Assembly: GCA_031430645.1 (NCBI GenBank)
Contig: JANPBY010000190.1
Coordinates: 1 to 60,755 of the forward strand
Direction of reading: 5' to 3'
Origin: Actinomycetes bacterium
GTDB lineage: Bacteria; Actinomycetota; Actinomycetes; DATJPE01
DNA: 60,755 nt
Shown: in pieces, positions 9,534 to 18,526 of the stretch
How the letters are laid out: each line of letters begins with the position of its first letter
Numbering within the stretch: position 1 is the first letter of the stretch
Made by a program: the position numbers and the translations under genes
Notes under the pieces: generated by a model
The model's input: the letters and a program-made list of their open reading frames with translations, nothing else
What the model was told of the DNA's origin: nothing
Database searches by the model: none

Positions 9534-10108
9534 GTGATCTCAGGAGTTCCAGAACCCGGCTGGCAGGAGCGGCGGCTGTCTTTCGGTGCAGCAGCCGACG
9601 ACTACGACCGATACCGACCGGGCTACCCCGACCAGGCCGTCAGCTGGTGCTGCGGACCATCGGGCGGGCGGGTCGTCGACGCCGGCTCGGGTACGGGCAG
9701 GTTCCGGAGCCCGCGCACGCGGAGTTCGTCCGAGTCTTAGTGCCTGGTGGGCAGTTCGCCGCCCTGTGGAACGCACGCGACGACCGGATCCCGTGGGTCG
9801 CCGAGCTCCGTGAGCTGATCGGCGGGCAGGACTGGTTCACCGTCCTCGAGGCCCTGGATGCCCCCGAGCTCGGAGACTGCTTCGCACGTCCCGAGGGCGC
9901 GATGTGGCACCACAGGCAGATCGTGGATGTCGAGGGGCTCGTCGGTCTTGTGGCGTCGATGTCGTTCGTGCGACTGCGCCCCGACGTCGACGAAGTCCTG
10001 GCACGAGTGCGGAGCCTGGCTACCAGCCATCCGGACCTCGTCGGGCGGCCGACGATCGAAGTCCCGTGGACGACTCGGGCCTTTCGGGCTCAGGTGTTGC
10101 GTTCGTAG
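9534..10108 (+). pseudogene. Class I SAM-dependent methyltransferase with internal deletion and frameshift
   Basis: Frame 1 (9534..9740) has [17 protein letters not shown]...VVDAGSGTGR. A second frame resumes at ~9704 with PEPAHAEFVRVLVPGGQFAALWN. The middle motifs (acidic motif II and the AQAxHW region) are absent. Confidence 0.8.
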
Positions 10109-10848
10109 ATCAGCCGGAGCCCGACGAGCGTGAGGTCTGGACGATGGTCGGTGATGGTTTCCGACTCCGGCACGACGACCGGGGCGAGGCCACCGGTGGC
10201 GATGACCGCCGTCAGGGGCACGCCGAGCTCGGCAACAATCCTCCGGACGAGACCGTCGACCTGGCCGGCGAAGCCGTACAGCGCACCGGACTGCAGCGCC
10301 TCCACGGTGTTGCGACCGATGACCGATCTCGGGCGCACCAGCTCGACCCGCCGGAGCTGAGCTGCGCGCGCGGCCAGGGCTTCGATGGAGATCTCGATGC
10401 CGGGGGCGAGCGCTCCCCCGAGGAACTCGCCGTTGGCGCTGACGACATCGAGGTTGGTGGAGGTGCCGAAGTCGACGACGACGCACGGCCCGCCAAACAG
10501 GGTGTGCGCGGCGAGGGTGTTGACGATGCGGTCAGCCCCGACCTCCTTGGGGTTGTCGGTGAGCACCGGAACCCCAGTCTTGGTCCCCGGTTCGACGATG
10601 ACAATCGGCACCCGTCCCTGCCAGTGCTCGAGGACGACGCGCATCTCGCGCAGCACCGAAGGCACCGTCGAACACAGCGCGACCCCAGTGATCTCTGGCT
10701 CACCGTGCAGGAGGCCCCGAAAGGTCAGCAACATCTCGTCGCCCGTGGCCCGCGGATCGGTCTGCACGCGCCACGACCGCACCAGGTGGTCAGCGAGGAA
10801 CAACCCAAGGACTGTGTTGGTGTTCCCGACGTCGATGGCGAGGAGCAT
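10090..10848 (-). CDS. coaX: Type III pantothenate kinase
   Basis: MLLAIDVGNTN, EVGADR, VDFGTST and ATGG; TGATG overlap with the nadC stop. Confidence 0.97.
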   Translation of the reverse strand: MLLAIDVGNTNTVLGLFLADHLVRSWRVQTDPRATGDEMLLTFRGLLHGEPEITGVALCSTVPSVLREMRVVLEHWQGRVPIVIVEPGTKTGVPVLTDNPKEVGADRIVNTLAAHTLFGGPCVVVDFGTSTNLDVVSANGEFLGGALAPGIEISIEALAARAAQLRRVELVRPRSVIGRNTVEALQSGALYGFAGQVDGLVRRIVAELGVPLTAVIATGGLAPVVVPESETITDHRPDLTLVGLRLIYERNT

Positions 10849-11792
10849 CAGCCGGTCACCGTGGCCGCGTCGCCGAGGTCCAGGGTGCGCAGGTCGAGCG
10901 GCCGGAGGTCGAGTGCGATGTCGAGCACTGGTGCGGAGTGGGTCAAGGCGCCCACGGCGATGTAGTCGACCCCGGTCTCTGCCACCGCTCGGGCCGTGTC
11001 GAGGGAGAGACCGCCGCTGGCTTCCAGCCGGGCTCGACCGGCGGTCAGACGTACGGCCTCCCGCATCTCCTCCACCGACATATTGTCGAGGAGCACGAGG
11101 TCCGCACCGGCCGCCAGCACCTCGACCAGTTGGGTGAGCGAGTCGACCTCGACCTCGACCGGCAACCCGGGCCACATGGCGCGCACCGCTTTGAAAGCCG
11201 GCGCGACGCCACCCGCCGCCACGACATGGTTGTCCTTCACGAGCGCGGCATCGGACAGGGCCATCCGATGGTTGGTCCCACCCCCACAGCGGACGGCGTA
11301 CTTCTCGAGCGACCGTAACAAGGGAGTGGTCTTGCGGGTGTCCCGTACGGCCGCGCCGGTGCCCTCGACTGCGTCGACCCAGCGACGGGTGAGGGTCGCG
11401 ATCCCCGAGAGGTGGCACAGCAGGTTGAGAGCCGTACGTTCTCCGGTCAGCAGATCGCGGGTCCGGCCCTGGACGGTCGCGAGCACGTCTCCGCGCTCGA
11501 TCAGGTCTCCGTCGCTGGCGTGGCGCACGATCGTCCCCCGCCCGTCGGTGACGACCTCGAGCACCACCTCGGCCACCGCGAGGCCAGCGACCACCCCAGA
11601 TGTGCGCGCCACGAAATCACCAACCGCATGCTGCTCTCGCGGCACTGTCGCCGCCGAGGTCACGTCGACCCCACCGGCGAGATCTTCGGCAAGGGCGGCG
11701 AGCACCAGGTCTTCGACGGCGGCCGGATCCAAACCGGCCGCAGCCAGCCGCTCAAGGAGTTCAGGAGGCAGAGTCGTGGGTTCCTTGGTCAT
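10848..11792 (-). CDS. nadC: Nicotinate-nucleotide diphosphorylase (quinolinate phosphoribosyltransferase)
   Basis: ERTALN, DTRKTTP, NHR, KDNH, VEVEVD, LLDN and EASGG. Confidence 0.97.
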   Translation of the reverse strand: MTKEPTTLPPELLERLAAAGLDPAAVEDLVLAALAEDLAGGVDVTSAATVPREQHAVGDFVARTSGVVAGLAVAEVVLEVVTDGRGTIVRHASDGDLIERGDVLATVQGRTRDLLTGERTALNLLCHLSGIATLTRRWVDAVEGTGAAVRDTRKTTPLLRSLEKYAVRCGGGTNHRMALSDAALVKDNHVVAAGGVAPAFKAVRAMWPGLPVEVEVDSLTQLVEVLAAGADLVLLDNMSVEEMREAVRLTAGRARLEASGGLSLDTARAVAETGVDYIAVGALTHSAPVLDIALDLRPLDLRTLDLGDAATVTG

Positions 11793-13444
11793 CGGACTCC
11801 CTCCAAAGGTTGTGTGTCGATCGCGCTGAGCCTCAGGTCGAGACGACCACCGACGAGACGACCCACCAGGCGACCGTGCCAGTGCTCATCGTCGCGGTCC
11901 GGGAAGTCCTCGCGCCAGTGCGATCCACGGGTCTCCTGCCGGAGCCGAGCTGCCGCGACGAGGAACGAGGCCACGGTGTGGAGGTTGGTCGCCTCCCAGG
12001 TCTGCGTGCACGGGTCGGCGCTCTCCCGGGCGACGAGCTCGGTCAACCGGGCCTGCGTGCGGGCCAGGCTCTGCTCGCTGCGAAGGACACCCGCCCCGTC
12101 GGTCATCGTCGCGGCGAGCAGCGGGCGTACGTCTTCGGCCAGCAACCCCACCAGGGTCGGGTCGGTCGGCGCCGGCTCCTGCCGGTCCGGCAATCCCTTG
12201 GCCAGGTCGGCTCCGATTCGCTCGGCAAAAACCAGTCCCTCCAAAAGAGAATTGGACGCAAGCCGGTTGGCGCCGTGGACGCCGGTGCAGGCCACTTCGC
12301 CGCACGCGTACAAACCGGGGACCGAGGTCCGGCCTTCGAGATCCGTGCGCACGCCGCCGCTGGCGTAGTGGCACGCGGGCGCGACCGGCACGAGCTCGGT
12401 CACCGGGTCGATGCCATAAGAGCGGCAGGACTCAAGGATCGTGGGGAACCGCCGAGCCCAGAGCTCGGGACCCAGGTGCCTGCCGTCGAGCCAGAAGTGG
12501 GCAGCACCGGTCTCGCGCATCCGGCGCATAGTCGCCTTGGCCACCACGTCCCGCGGCGCGAGGTCGGCCAGCTCGTGCTCACCGAGCATGAACCGCTTGC
12601 CGTCGTCGTCAACGAGAAAGGCCCCCTCGCCACGCAGGGCCTCGGAGATCAGGGGCTGTTGCCCGCGGGCCGCCGCCCCCAAGTAGAGGACGGTCGGGTG
12701 GAACTGTACGAACTCCAGGTCAGCAACCTCGGCGCCGGCGCGGAGGGCGACGGCGACCCCGTCCCCTGTGGAGACGCGGGGGTTAGTTGTCTGCTCAAAG
12801 ACCTGTCCCATCCCGCCAGTGGCCAGCACCACAGCCCTGGCCGAGACCGACCCGACACCACCACGCTGTCCTTCGCCCATCACGTGCAAGGTCGCGCCAC
12901 AGACCGAACCATCTGCGGCAGTCAGCAGGTCGAGCACCAAGGCGTGCTCGATGATCTCGACGCCAGGATCGGCCCGGACTGCAGCCACGAGGGCCCGAGA
13001 GATCTCGGCACCGGTGGCGTCGCCACCCGCGTGTGCGATCCGGTCGCGATGGTGCCCGCCTTCGCGGGTGAGCGAGAGTTCGCCGTCGTCGTCGACATCG
13101 AAGGTTGCGCCCTCGTCGATGAGCCGACCAACCGCTCCGGGGCCTTGGGTTACAAGGACCCGGACGGCCTTCTCGTCGCAGAGGCCTGCGCCCGCAACGA
13201 GGGTGTCGTGCAGGTGCTGGGATGGGGTGTCGCCCGGCCCCATGGCGGCCGCGATCCCACCCTGCGCCCACTTCGTAGACCCATCGCCGAGGTCAGCCTT
13301 GGTCACCAGCAAGACGGTGCCCGTACGTCTCGCGCGCAACGCTGCCGTCAAACCAGCGACCCCACTGCCGACCACCACTACATCAGCGTCGGTCCGCCAG
13401 CCCGGGGCGGCGGCAGCCAGCCGCGACGGCACGCGCATCGTCAT
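11789..13444 (-). CDS. nadB: L-aspartate oxidase
   Basis: GSGVAG, WAQGGI, EFVQFHPT, SEALRGEG, HGANRLASNSLLE and RQETRGSH. Confidence 0.97.
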   Translation of the reverse strand: MTMRVPSRLAAAAPGWRTDADVVVVGSGVAGLTAALRARRTGTVLLVTKADLGDGSTKWAQGGIAAAMGPGDTPSQHLHDTLVAGAGLCDEKAVRVLVTQGPGAVGRLIDEGATFDVDDDGELSLTREGGHHRDRIAHAGGDATGAEISRALVAAVRADPGVEIIEHALVLDLLTAADGSVCGATLHVMGEGQRGGVGSVSARAVVLATGGMGQVFEQTTNPRVSTGDGVAVALRAGAEVADLEFVQFHPTVLYLGAAARGQQPLISEALRGEGAFLVDDDGKRFMLGEHELADLAPRDVVAKATMRRMRETGAAHFWLDGRHLGPELWARRFPTILESCRSYGIDPVTELVPVAPACHYASGGVRTDLEGRTSVPGLYACGEVACTGVHGANRLASNSLLEGLVFAERIGADLAKGLPDRQEPAPTDPTLVGLLAEDVRPLLAATMTDGAGVLRSEQSLARTQARLTELVARESADPCTQTWEATNLHTVASFLVAAARLRQETRGSHWREDFPDRDDEHWHGRLVGRLVGGRLDLRLSAIDTQPLEGVR

Positions 13445-14310
13445 CGGTCCGTCACCGTCACCGTCGTGTTGTCGATGAGCCGCGTCCCTTCGACGACTAC
13501 TGCCACCAGGACCAAGATCGGGCCGACGTACCCCGGCGGGACCTCGGCGAACGTCGCAGGATCGACGAGTGTCAGATAGTCGAGCACGAGACCGGGTTCC
13601 GCGTCGAGCGCAGACGTCATGGCCGTGCGAACCGCGTCAGGACCGGAGGGGGCCGCAGCTCGCCCAGCAGCTAGGGCTTGAGGCACGGCGAGGGCAACCG
13701 CGCGACCGGCAGACGTGAGCCGGTCGTTGCGCGAAGAGAGCGCGAGACCGTCGTTCGCCCGCACCGTGTCGACGGACACGATGCGCACTCCCAGTTCGAG
13801 ATCGCCGACCATCTGACGCACCAAGGCGACCTGCTGGGCGTCCTTGGCACCGAACACCGCAACGTCTGGTCGAACCTGGCCGAATAGCTTGGCCACCACC
13901 GTCAAGACGCCATCGAAGTGGCCCGGTCGCGAAGCGCCCTCGAACACCGTCCCGAGCAAACCGGCGGAGACGGTCACTTCGGGCTCTCCTGGCGGATACA
14001 TGACGTCGACCGACGGTGCCCAGACGACAGCCACGCCCGCGCCGCGACAGACTTCGAGGTCGGCTTCCCAGGTGCGTGGATAGCGCTCGAGGTCGTCGAG
14101 GGATCCGAACTGCAACGGGTTCACGAAGATGCTCACGACCACCAGGTCAGCGTTCTCTGCTGCTGCCCGCATCAGGGCCTGATGTCCGTCGTGCAGGGCG
14201 CCCATGGTGGGAACCAGCGCGACCCGCAGTCCGGCGGCTCGTTGCCCGGCGAGGGCAACGGCCAACTCTTCACGGGTGCGCGCAACCACGAGCTCCGACG
14301 ACAGCGTCAC
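13441..14310 (-). CDS. panC: Pantoate--beta-alanine ligase
   Basis: PTMGALHDGH, IFVNPLQF, RPGHFDGV, FGAKDAQQ, GLALSSRN and RLIDN. Confidence 0.97.
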   Translation of the reverse strand: MTLSSELVVARTREELAVALAGQRAAGLRVALVPTMGALHDGHQALMRAAAENADLVVVSIFVNPLQFGSLDDLERYPRTWEADLEVCRGAGVAVVWAPSVDVMYPPGEPEVTVSAGLLGTVFEGASRPGHFDGVLTVVAKLFGQVRPDVAVFGAKDAQQVALVRQMVGDLELGVRIVSVDTVRANDGLALSSRNDRLTSAGRAVALAVPQALAAGRAAAPSGPDAVRTAMTSALDAEPGLVLDYLTLVDPATFAEVPPGYVGPILVLVAVVVEGTRLIDNTTVTVTDR

Positions 14311-15233
14311 CCAGCCACGTCCTCGACTGGTCCTGCTAAAGCGTCCAGCAGGGCTTCAGCCTGCTCAGGGCGCAGCCGTCCCGAGGCGAGCGCTCGATCG
14401 GCAGTCGCCCGAGCCAGGGCGCGGTAGGTGGCCAGGGTTGCCGGGTCGACCGCCGCCAAGGCGCGTACGTGCTCCGCGACGGTGCCGGCGTCACCTCGTG
14501 CCACCGGCCCGGTCAACGCTGCGTCTCCGGACCGCAATGCGTTGTCGAGGGCAGCTGAGAGCAACGGCCCAAGAGCGCGACCTGGGTCGTCCACCCCACT
14601 CAGCGCGAGCAGGTCACAGGCCTGGGACACCAAGGTGACCAGGTGGTTCGAGCCGTGTGCGAGGGCCGCGTGATAGAGCCCACGCGACTCCTCGTCGACC
14701 CAGACCGGCTCGGCTCCGATTTCGACGACGAGTGCCTCGGCAACCGGGCGCAACACCTCAGGGGAGGTCACGCCAAATGTGGCTCCGCCTAGTCGGCCGA
14801 GGTCGACCGACGTTCCGGTGAAGGTCATCACCGGGTGCAGGGCGAGCGGAAGCCCGCCGGCTTCAGTCATCGGAGCGAGGATCGCGACGCCGTACCGCCC
14901 CGAGGTGTGCACGAGCAGCTGACCCGGCCGTACCGAACCAGTCGCGGCCAAACCGGTGGCCAACGAGGCGATCGCGTCATCAGGGACAGTAAGCAGAACG
15001 AGATCCGTGCGTGCCATCACCTCTTGCGGGGTGACGAGCGGCACGCCGGGGAGGAGCGCTTCCGCCCTCTCGCGGGACCGCTCAGAGACAGCCGAGGCCG
15101 CGACCACGCGGTGGCCCACCAACGCGAGGGCCGCACCGAGTACGGCTCCGACCCGGCCCGTACCGACAACACCGACCGCGAGTCTCGCGGGCCGGCCCGC
15201 CGGCCGGATGGCCGCTGCGCGCTGTTCGGTCAT
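14307..15233 (-). CDS. Rossmann-like + DUF2520 oxidoreductase (candidate PanG-type ketopantoate reductase)
   Basis: VGTGRVG, LTVPDD, HTSG, LHPVMTF, YHAAL and LTGPVARGD; first gene of the panC operon. Confidence 0.88.
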   Translation of the reverse strand: MTEQRAAAIRPAGRPARLAVGVVGTGRVGAVLGAALALVGHRVVAASAVSERSRERAEALLPGVPLVTPQEVMARTDLVLLTVPDDAIASLATGLAATGSVRPGQLLVHTSGRYGVAILAPMTEAGGLPLALHPVMTFTGTSVDLGRLGGATFGVTSPEVLRPVAEALVVEIGAEPVWVDEESRGLYHAALAHGSNHLVTLVSQACDLLALSGVDDPGRALGPLLSAALDNALRSGDAALTGPVARGDAGTVAEHVRALAAVDPATLATYRALARATADRALASGRLRPEQAEALLDALAGPVEDVAG

Positions 15234-15261
15234 GGAGACTCAGTCATGGGGACTCGGTCAT
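15226..15261 (-). repeat. 14-nt tandem repeat (about 2.6 copies) at the operon start, forming two MTESP mini-ORFs
   Basis: Minus strand ATGACCGAGTCCCC / ATGACTGAGTCTCC / ATGACCGA, with ATGs at 15261, 15247 and 15233. Confidence 0.9.
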
Positions 15262-15273
15262 GAGGGAAGGTGT

Positions 15274-15300
15274 TCCAGTCCTGTCGGGGTACCGGACAGG
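15274..15300 (-). promoter_or_regulatory. Candidate cis-regulatory RNA hairpin(s) in the pan/nad/coaX leader
   Basis: RNA CCUGUCCGGUACCCCGACAGGACUGGA can pair CCUGUC/GACAGG or, alternatively, UCCGGU/ACUGGA. Confidence 0.45.
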
Positions 15301-15331
15301 TTCAGGGTATCGGCGGACTAGCGTCGCCCGC

Positions 15332-16312
15332 GTGTCAGCCTTCCAACCGGTCCCCTGGCAGCAGGCCTGGGAGGCTGCCCTCTATGACCCCGCTGGGTTC
15401 TACCGCCGAGCCGTTGGCCCAGCGGGTCACTTCCGTACCTCCTCGCACATCCCGTTGTTCGCCGATGCCATCGCCCGACTTGCGGCAGACCTCAACGCCT
15501 CGTTGGGCTCTCCGGCCGGATTCACCGTCGTGGACGTCGGCGCCGGGCGGGGCGAGCTCCTCGAAGGGCTCGCCGAGATCGCGCCTCCGGACTGGACCCT
15601 CATGGGCGTCGACGTCGTCGATAGGCCGGAAGAACTCAGTGCTCGCATCGAGTGGGCCAGCGAAACCCCGGCGCACGTGACCGGCTTGCTCATGGCGCAC
15701 GAACTGCTGGATGTCGTGCCTTGCCCGGTCGTGCAGGTCGACAGCCTGGGGTGTATCCGGGAGGTGCTCGTGGATGTCCAGAGCGGCGAGGAGAGACTTG
15801 GCGAGGCTGCAGGTCGGGACGACCGTGAGTGGCTCGCGCGATGGTGGCCGATGGAGGAGCCCGGTGAACGCGCCGAGGTTGGCCACCCCCGTGACCGGCT
15901 CTGGCGTGACCTTGTCGGGAGAGTGGGCAGGGGCGCCGCGCTGGCCGTCGACTACTCCCACAGCGCCGACGACCGCGGAACCGGACGCTGGGCCAACGGA
16001 AGCCTGGTCGGACACCGACGGGGACGGGTGGTGCCAGCCCTACCGAACGGCACCTGCGACCTGACCGCACATGTCGCCTTGGACGCGTGCCTGGCCGAGA
16101 CGGAGGCCGATGTTGACCTCTCGTTCCTCACCAGCCAGCGTGAGGCGTTGGCCGCCCTGGGCGTCGATAGTCGTTTGCCTGAATCAGATTCAGCTGGCCA
16201 AGACTTGAAGGCTTACGTCGAGGCGCTCCAGCGGGCGGGGCAAGCCCGAGAACTCACCGACCCGCACGGACTGGGTGACTTCGGCTGGCTGATGCAGCTG
16301 CGCGGTGTCTGA
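15332..16312 (+). CDS. SAM-dependent methyltransferase, MidA/NDUFAF7 (DUF185) family
   Basis: WEAALYDPAGFY, GHFRTS, VDVGAGRGEL, AHELLDVVP, AVDYSH, CDLTAHV, SQREAL and GLGDF. Start set at GTG 15332 (TAGCGT 7 nt upstream). Confidence 0.88.
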   Translation: MSAFQPVPWQQAWEAALYDPAGFYRRAVGPAGHFRTSSHIPLFADAIARLAADLNASLGSPAGFTVVDVGAGRGELLEGLAEIAPPDWTLMGVDVVDRPEELSARIEWASETPAHVTGLLMAHELLDVVPCPVVQVDSLGCIREVLVDVQSGEERLGEAAGRDDREWLARWWPMEEPGERAEVGHPRDRLWRDLVGRVGRGAALAVDYSHSADDRGTGRWANGSLVGHRRGRVVPALPNGTCDLTAHVALDACLAETEADVDLSFLTSQREALAALGVDSRLPESDSAGQDLKAYVEALQRAGQARELTDPHGLGDFGWLMQLRGV

Positions 16313-16336
16313 CGAGAAGTCCGCGTGACTTCAGAA

Positions 16337-16732
16337 TCAGCCGAGTCGCTCGCGGACCAAGGTGAGGTCGATCAACAGCGGCGGGCCTTCGCTGGCATCG
16401 TCATCCTCATCGTCGACGGAGCCCTCTGAGTTCTCGTCATCCTCAACAACGAAGGACATCCAGACCCCGGCGTTGTATTCGTTCAGGTCGTCCAGAGCAT
16501 CGTGTACGTCCTCCGACAACTCGGAGAGTTCACCGACATCGCCATCCACATGCAGGGTGTCGGCAACCAGCCCGTCACCGAAGGACCCAAATGAGACCTC
16601 AAGGAACACTGCGTCCGGAACAGCGGTCAAGACCGAGGCGGCCACATGCCGCAGCGCTGCCTCAGCCACGGCCTGCCGGGACGCCTCAGCGCGTTCGGAC
16701 GCGGCCTCCCAAGCGTCGAGGGTGTTGGTCAC
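16337..16732 (-). CDS. Hypothetical acidic protein
   Basis: 131-aa ORF with protein-like composition and an Asp/Glu-rich C-terminal half; CAGTAT lies 6 nt upstream of the GTG. Confidence 0.7.
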   Translation of the reverse strand: MTNTLDAWEAASERAEASRQAVAEAALRHVAASVLTAVPDAVFLEVSFGSFGDGLVADTLHVDGDVGELSELSEDVHDALDDLNEYNAGVWMSFVVEDDENSEGSVDDEDDDASEGPPLLIDLTLVRERLG

Positions 16733-17078
16733 CCCGCCATACTGACCTGCCCGGCCGTCCGCCGCGAGGGTTTTCCCGGACGGGCGGGTCTGGCCGCACC
16801 CACGCCGTTGCCTGGAATGCCGAGAAGCCGATATGAAGGTGCGAGCGCTAACGAGTCAACCCGGCGACACCATGGACGCTTCAACCACAGCCCAACGCCC
16901 AGATCCGGGTTGGCCGTCAAGGGTCTTGAGGGCGCCGCGAACGGCCCATCTGTTCGGGTGGGCTCCCAAGGACTTCGCGCCATGAGGTTCTGCCGAACTG
17001 CCGGGCTTTGCGGGGGTGATGTGGTGCCGAGCGGTGAGGCGGTCGGGCAGGTCACGGGCCGGGTTGGCCCACGGTCAC

Positions 17079-17624
17079 TCATTCGAAAGGGGAGTTGAGC
17101 CCGTACTTTTCCATGAGCTCTGGGACCCAGGTGGCGTCGAAGAACAATCCGTACGAAGCCGCGAGGGACTCCAGCGAGGTTGGGTCCGGTGGTCCGGCCT
17201 CGAACGCCTCAGCGAGTTCTCGGAAGAAGCGCTCGAACCCAGCTGGCGTGATCACCTCGATCATGCGGGCTTCCTCTGGTCCCGCGTTCCACATGGTGTG
17301 CAGCTCGCCGCGTGGCTTACTGATATAGCCACCGGCCTCGAGTACCACCTCGTCCGCCCCGGACCGGAAGCCGATCGCGCCAACCGTCACGATGGAAAAC
17401 TCGTCCTCGCGGGTGTGAATGTGCGGCGGCACTAGGGCACCGGGCGGGAACGGATGCTCCACGATCGCGACCTGATCGCCGGTGTGGTCGCCATCGAGGC
17501 GGAAGCCAACGCTGATCGATCCGATGAGCCGGTCCGGGCCGTGAGGCGCCGGTAACACGGTGAGGGGGAGCGATCGACCGAGCTGCGTCGCTTCCCCGAT
17601 GGTCGTTGGGAGGATGACAGTCAT
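17079..17624 (-). CDS. Cupin domain protein
   Basis: PPHIHTREDEF, KPRGELHTMWN and TPAGFERFF; GGAG precedes ATG 17624. Confidence 0.9.
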   Translation of the reverse strand: MTVILPTTIGEATQLGRSLPLTVLPAPHGPDRLIGSISVGFRLDGDHTGDQVAIVEHPFPPGALVPPHIHTREDEFSIVTVGAIGFRSGADEVVLEAGGYISKPRGELHTMWNAGPEEARMIEVITPAGFERFFRELAEAFEAGPPDPTSLESLAASYGLFFDATWVPELMEKYGLNSPFE

Positions 17625-17707
17625 CGTGGCTCCAGCCATTGGCCGATTCGGATGAACACATCTGTATAGTGAACTGACTCTCCTCCTCGCGAACGGAGGC
17701 GTCAAGG

Positions 17708-18331
17708 GTGGCGTCACGAGAACGACCGTCCGCGGCTCGGACCTACACGATGCGTGCACGCCAGGACGCCGTCGACGAGACGCGCCGGCGAATCACCGAG
17801 GCGACTATGTCCCTGCACGCCAGAGTTGGGCCGCGCGCCACCACCGTGTCCGCGATCGCCGAGGAAGCGTCAGTTACCCGACTCACGGTTTATCGACACT
17901 TCCCAGACGAGGAGTCGCTGATCAGTGCCTGCTCCGCTCACTGGAGCGAACTGCACCCACAGCCCTCCGCCGAGTCGTGGTCGACAATTGAGGACCCCGT
18001 GCAACGACTTCGGACGGCACTGGCAGAGACCTACGCCTGGGCACGACCAGCCGCACCGATGATGGCCATGATCCACCGCGACCTCGACGCAATGCCCGAC
18101 TTCGTCCGGCGGTTCTTGACTGATGACGAGAAGGCACGCGTGGCCGTTCTAAGCCGAGGATTCCAGGCCCGAGGTCGCGCCACCCACCGGTTGGCAGCTG
18201 CCCTGGCGCACGCCCTGCGACTGAGTACGTGGCAGTCGCTCTGCCTGGATGCGGACCTGACCGACCAGGAAGCAATCGACATCTTGGTCGGCGCCGTCAG
18301 CGCCGCGATCACTCCCAGGGTCCGCACATAG
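17708..18331 (+). CDS. TetR/AcrR-family transcriptional regulator
   Basis: TTVSAIAEEASVTRLTVYRHFPDEESL helix-turn-helix; divergent from the cupin gene. Confidence 0.92.
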   Translation: MASRERPSAARTYTMRARQDAVDETRRRITEATMSLHARVGPRATTVSAIAEEASVTRLTVYRHFPDEESLISACSAHWSELHPQPSAESWSTIEDPVQRLRTALAETYAWARPAAPMMAMIHRDLDAMPDFVRRFLTDDEKARVAVLSRGFQARGRATHRLAAALAHALRLSTWQSLCLDADLTDQEAIDILVGAVSAAITPRVRT

Positions 18332-18334
18332 TGC

Positions 18335-18462
18335 GACCGGGTATTGCTTGGGTGGGTCTAGGCGGCGGGGTGGGTCCAGTTGCCTCGTTCGTCGCGGTGG
18401 ATGCTGATGTCGCGTTGGTGAACGTGGTCGTGGTGGTGGTGGTAGCAGCGCAGGATGCAGGC
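18335..18462 (-). pseudogene. Remnant of the 3' end of an HNH endonuclease (DUF222/13E12-type) gene
   Basis: Minus strand encodes CILRCYHHHHDHVHQRDISIHRDERGNWTHP, then in a shifted frame PPRRLDPPKQ. This resembles the LLCxxHHxxxH...W...PPxxxDP tail of actinobacterial HNH proteins. Confidence 0.55.
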
Positions 18463-18526
18463 CCGCCACCAGACCCAGCCCTGGATAGCACGCATACGCG
18501 CATGATTACGAGCGGCGTAGGCCGCG

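Noticed and set aside
10849-11418. Long upstream extension of the coaX ORF (similar cases for folE, folB, DUF2342, the M20 gene, bldG and the helicase)
   Set aside because: These are open alternative frames overlapping neighbouring real genes; family motifs begin only at the re-assigned starts.
13441-14310. Absence of panD beside panC as evidence of pathway loss
   Set aside because: panD is often encoded elsewhere, so this cannot be judged from one window.
16729-17082. 117-aa ORF bridging the cupin and the acidic protein with ATGA/GTGA overlaps at both ends
   Set aside because: It is Pro/Arg/Ser-rich with no recognisable fold, and the downstream gene has its own -10-like hexamer. Not excluded, but unsupported.
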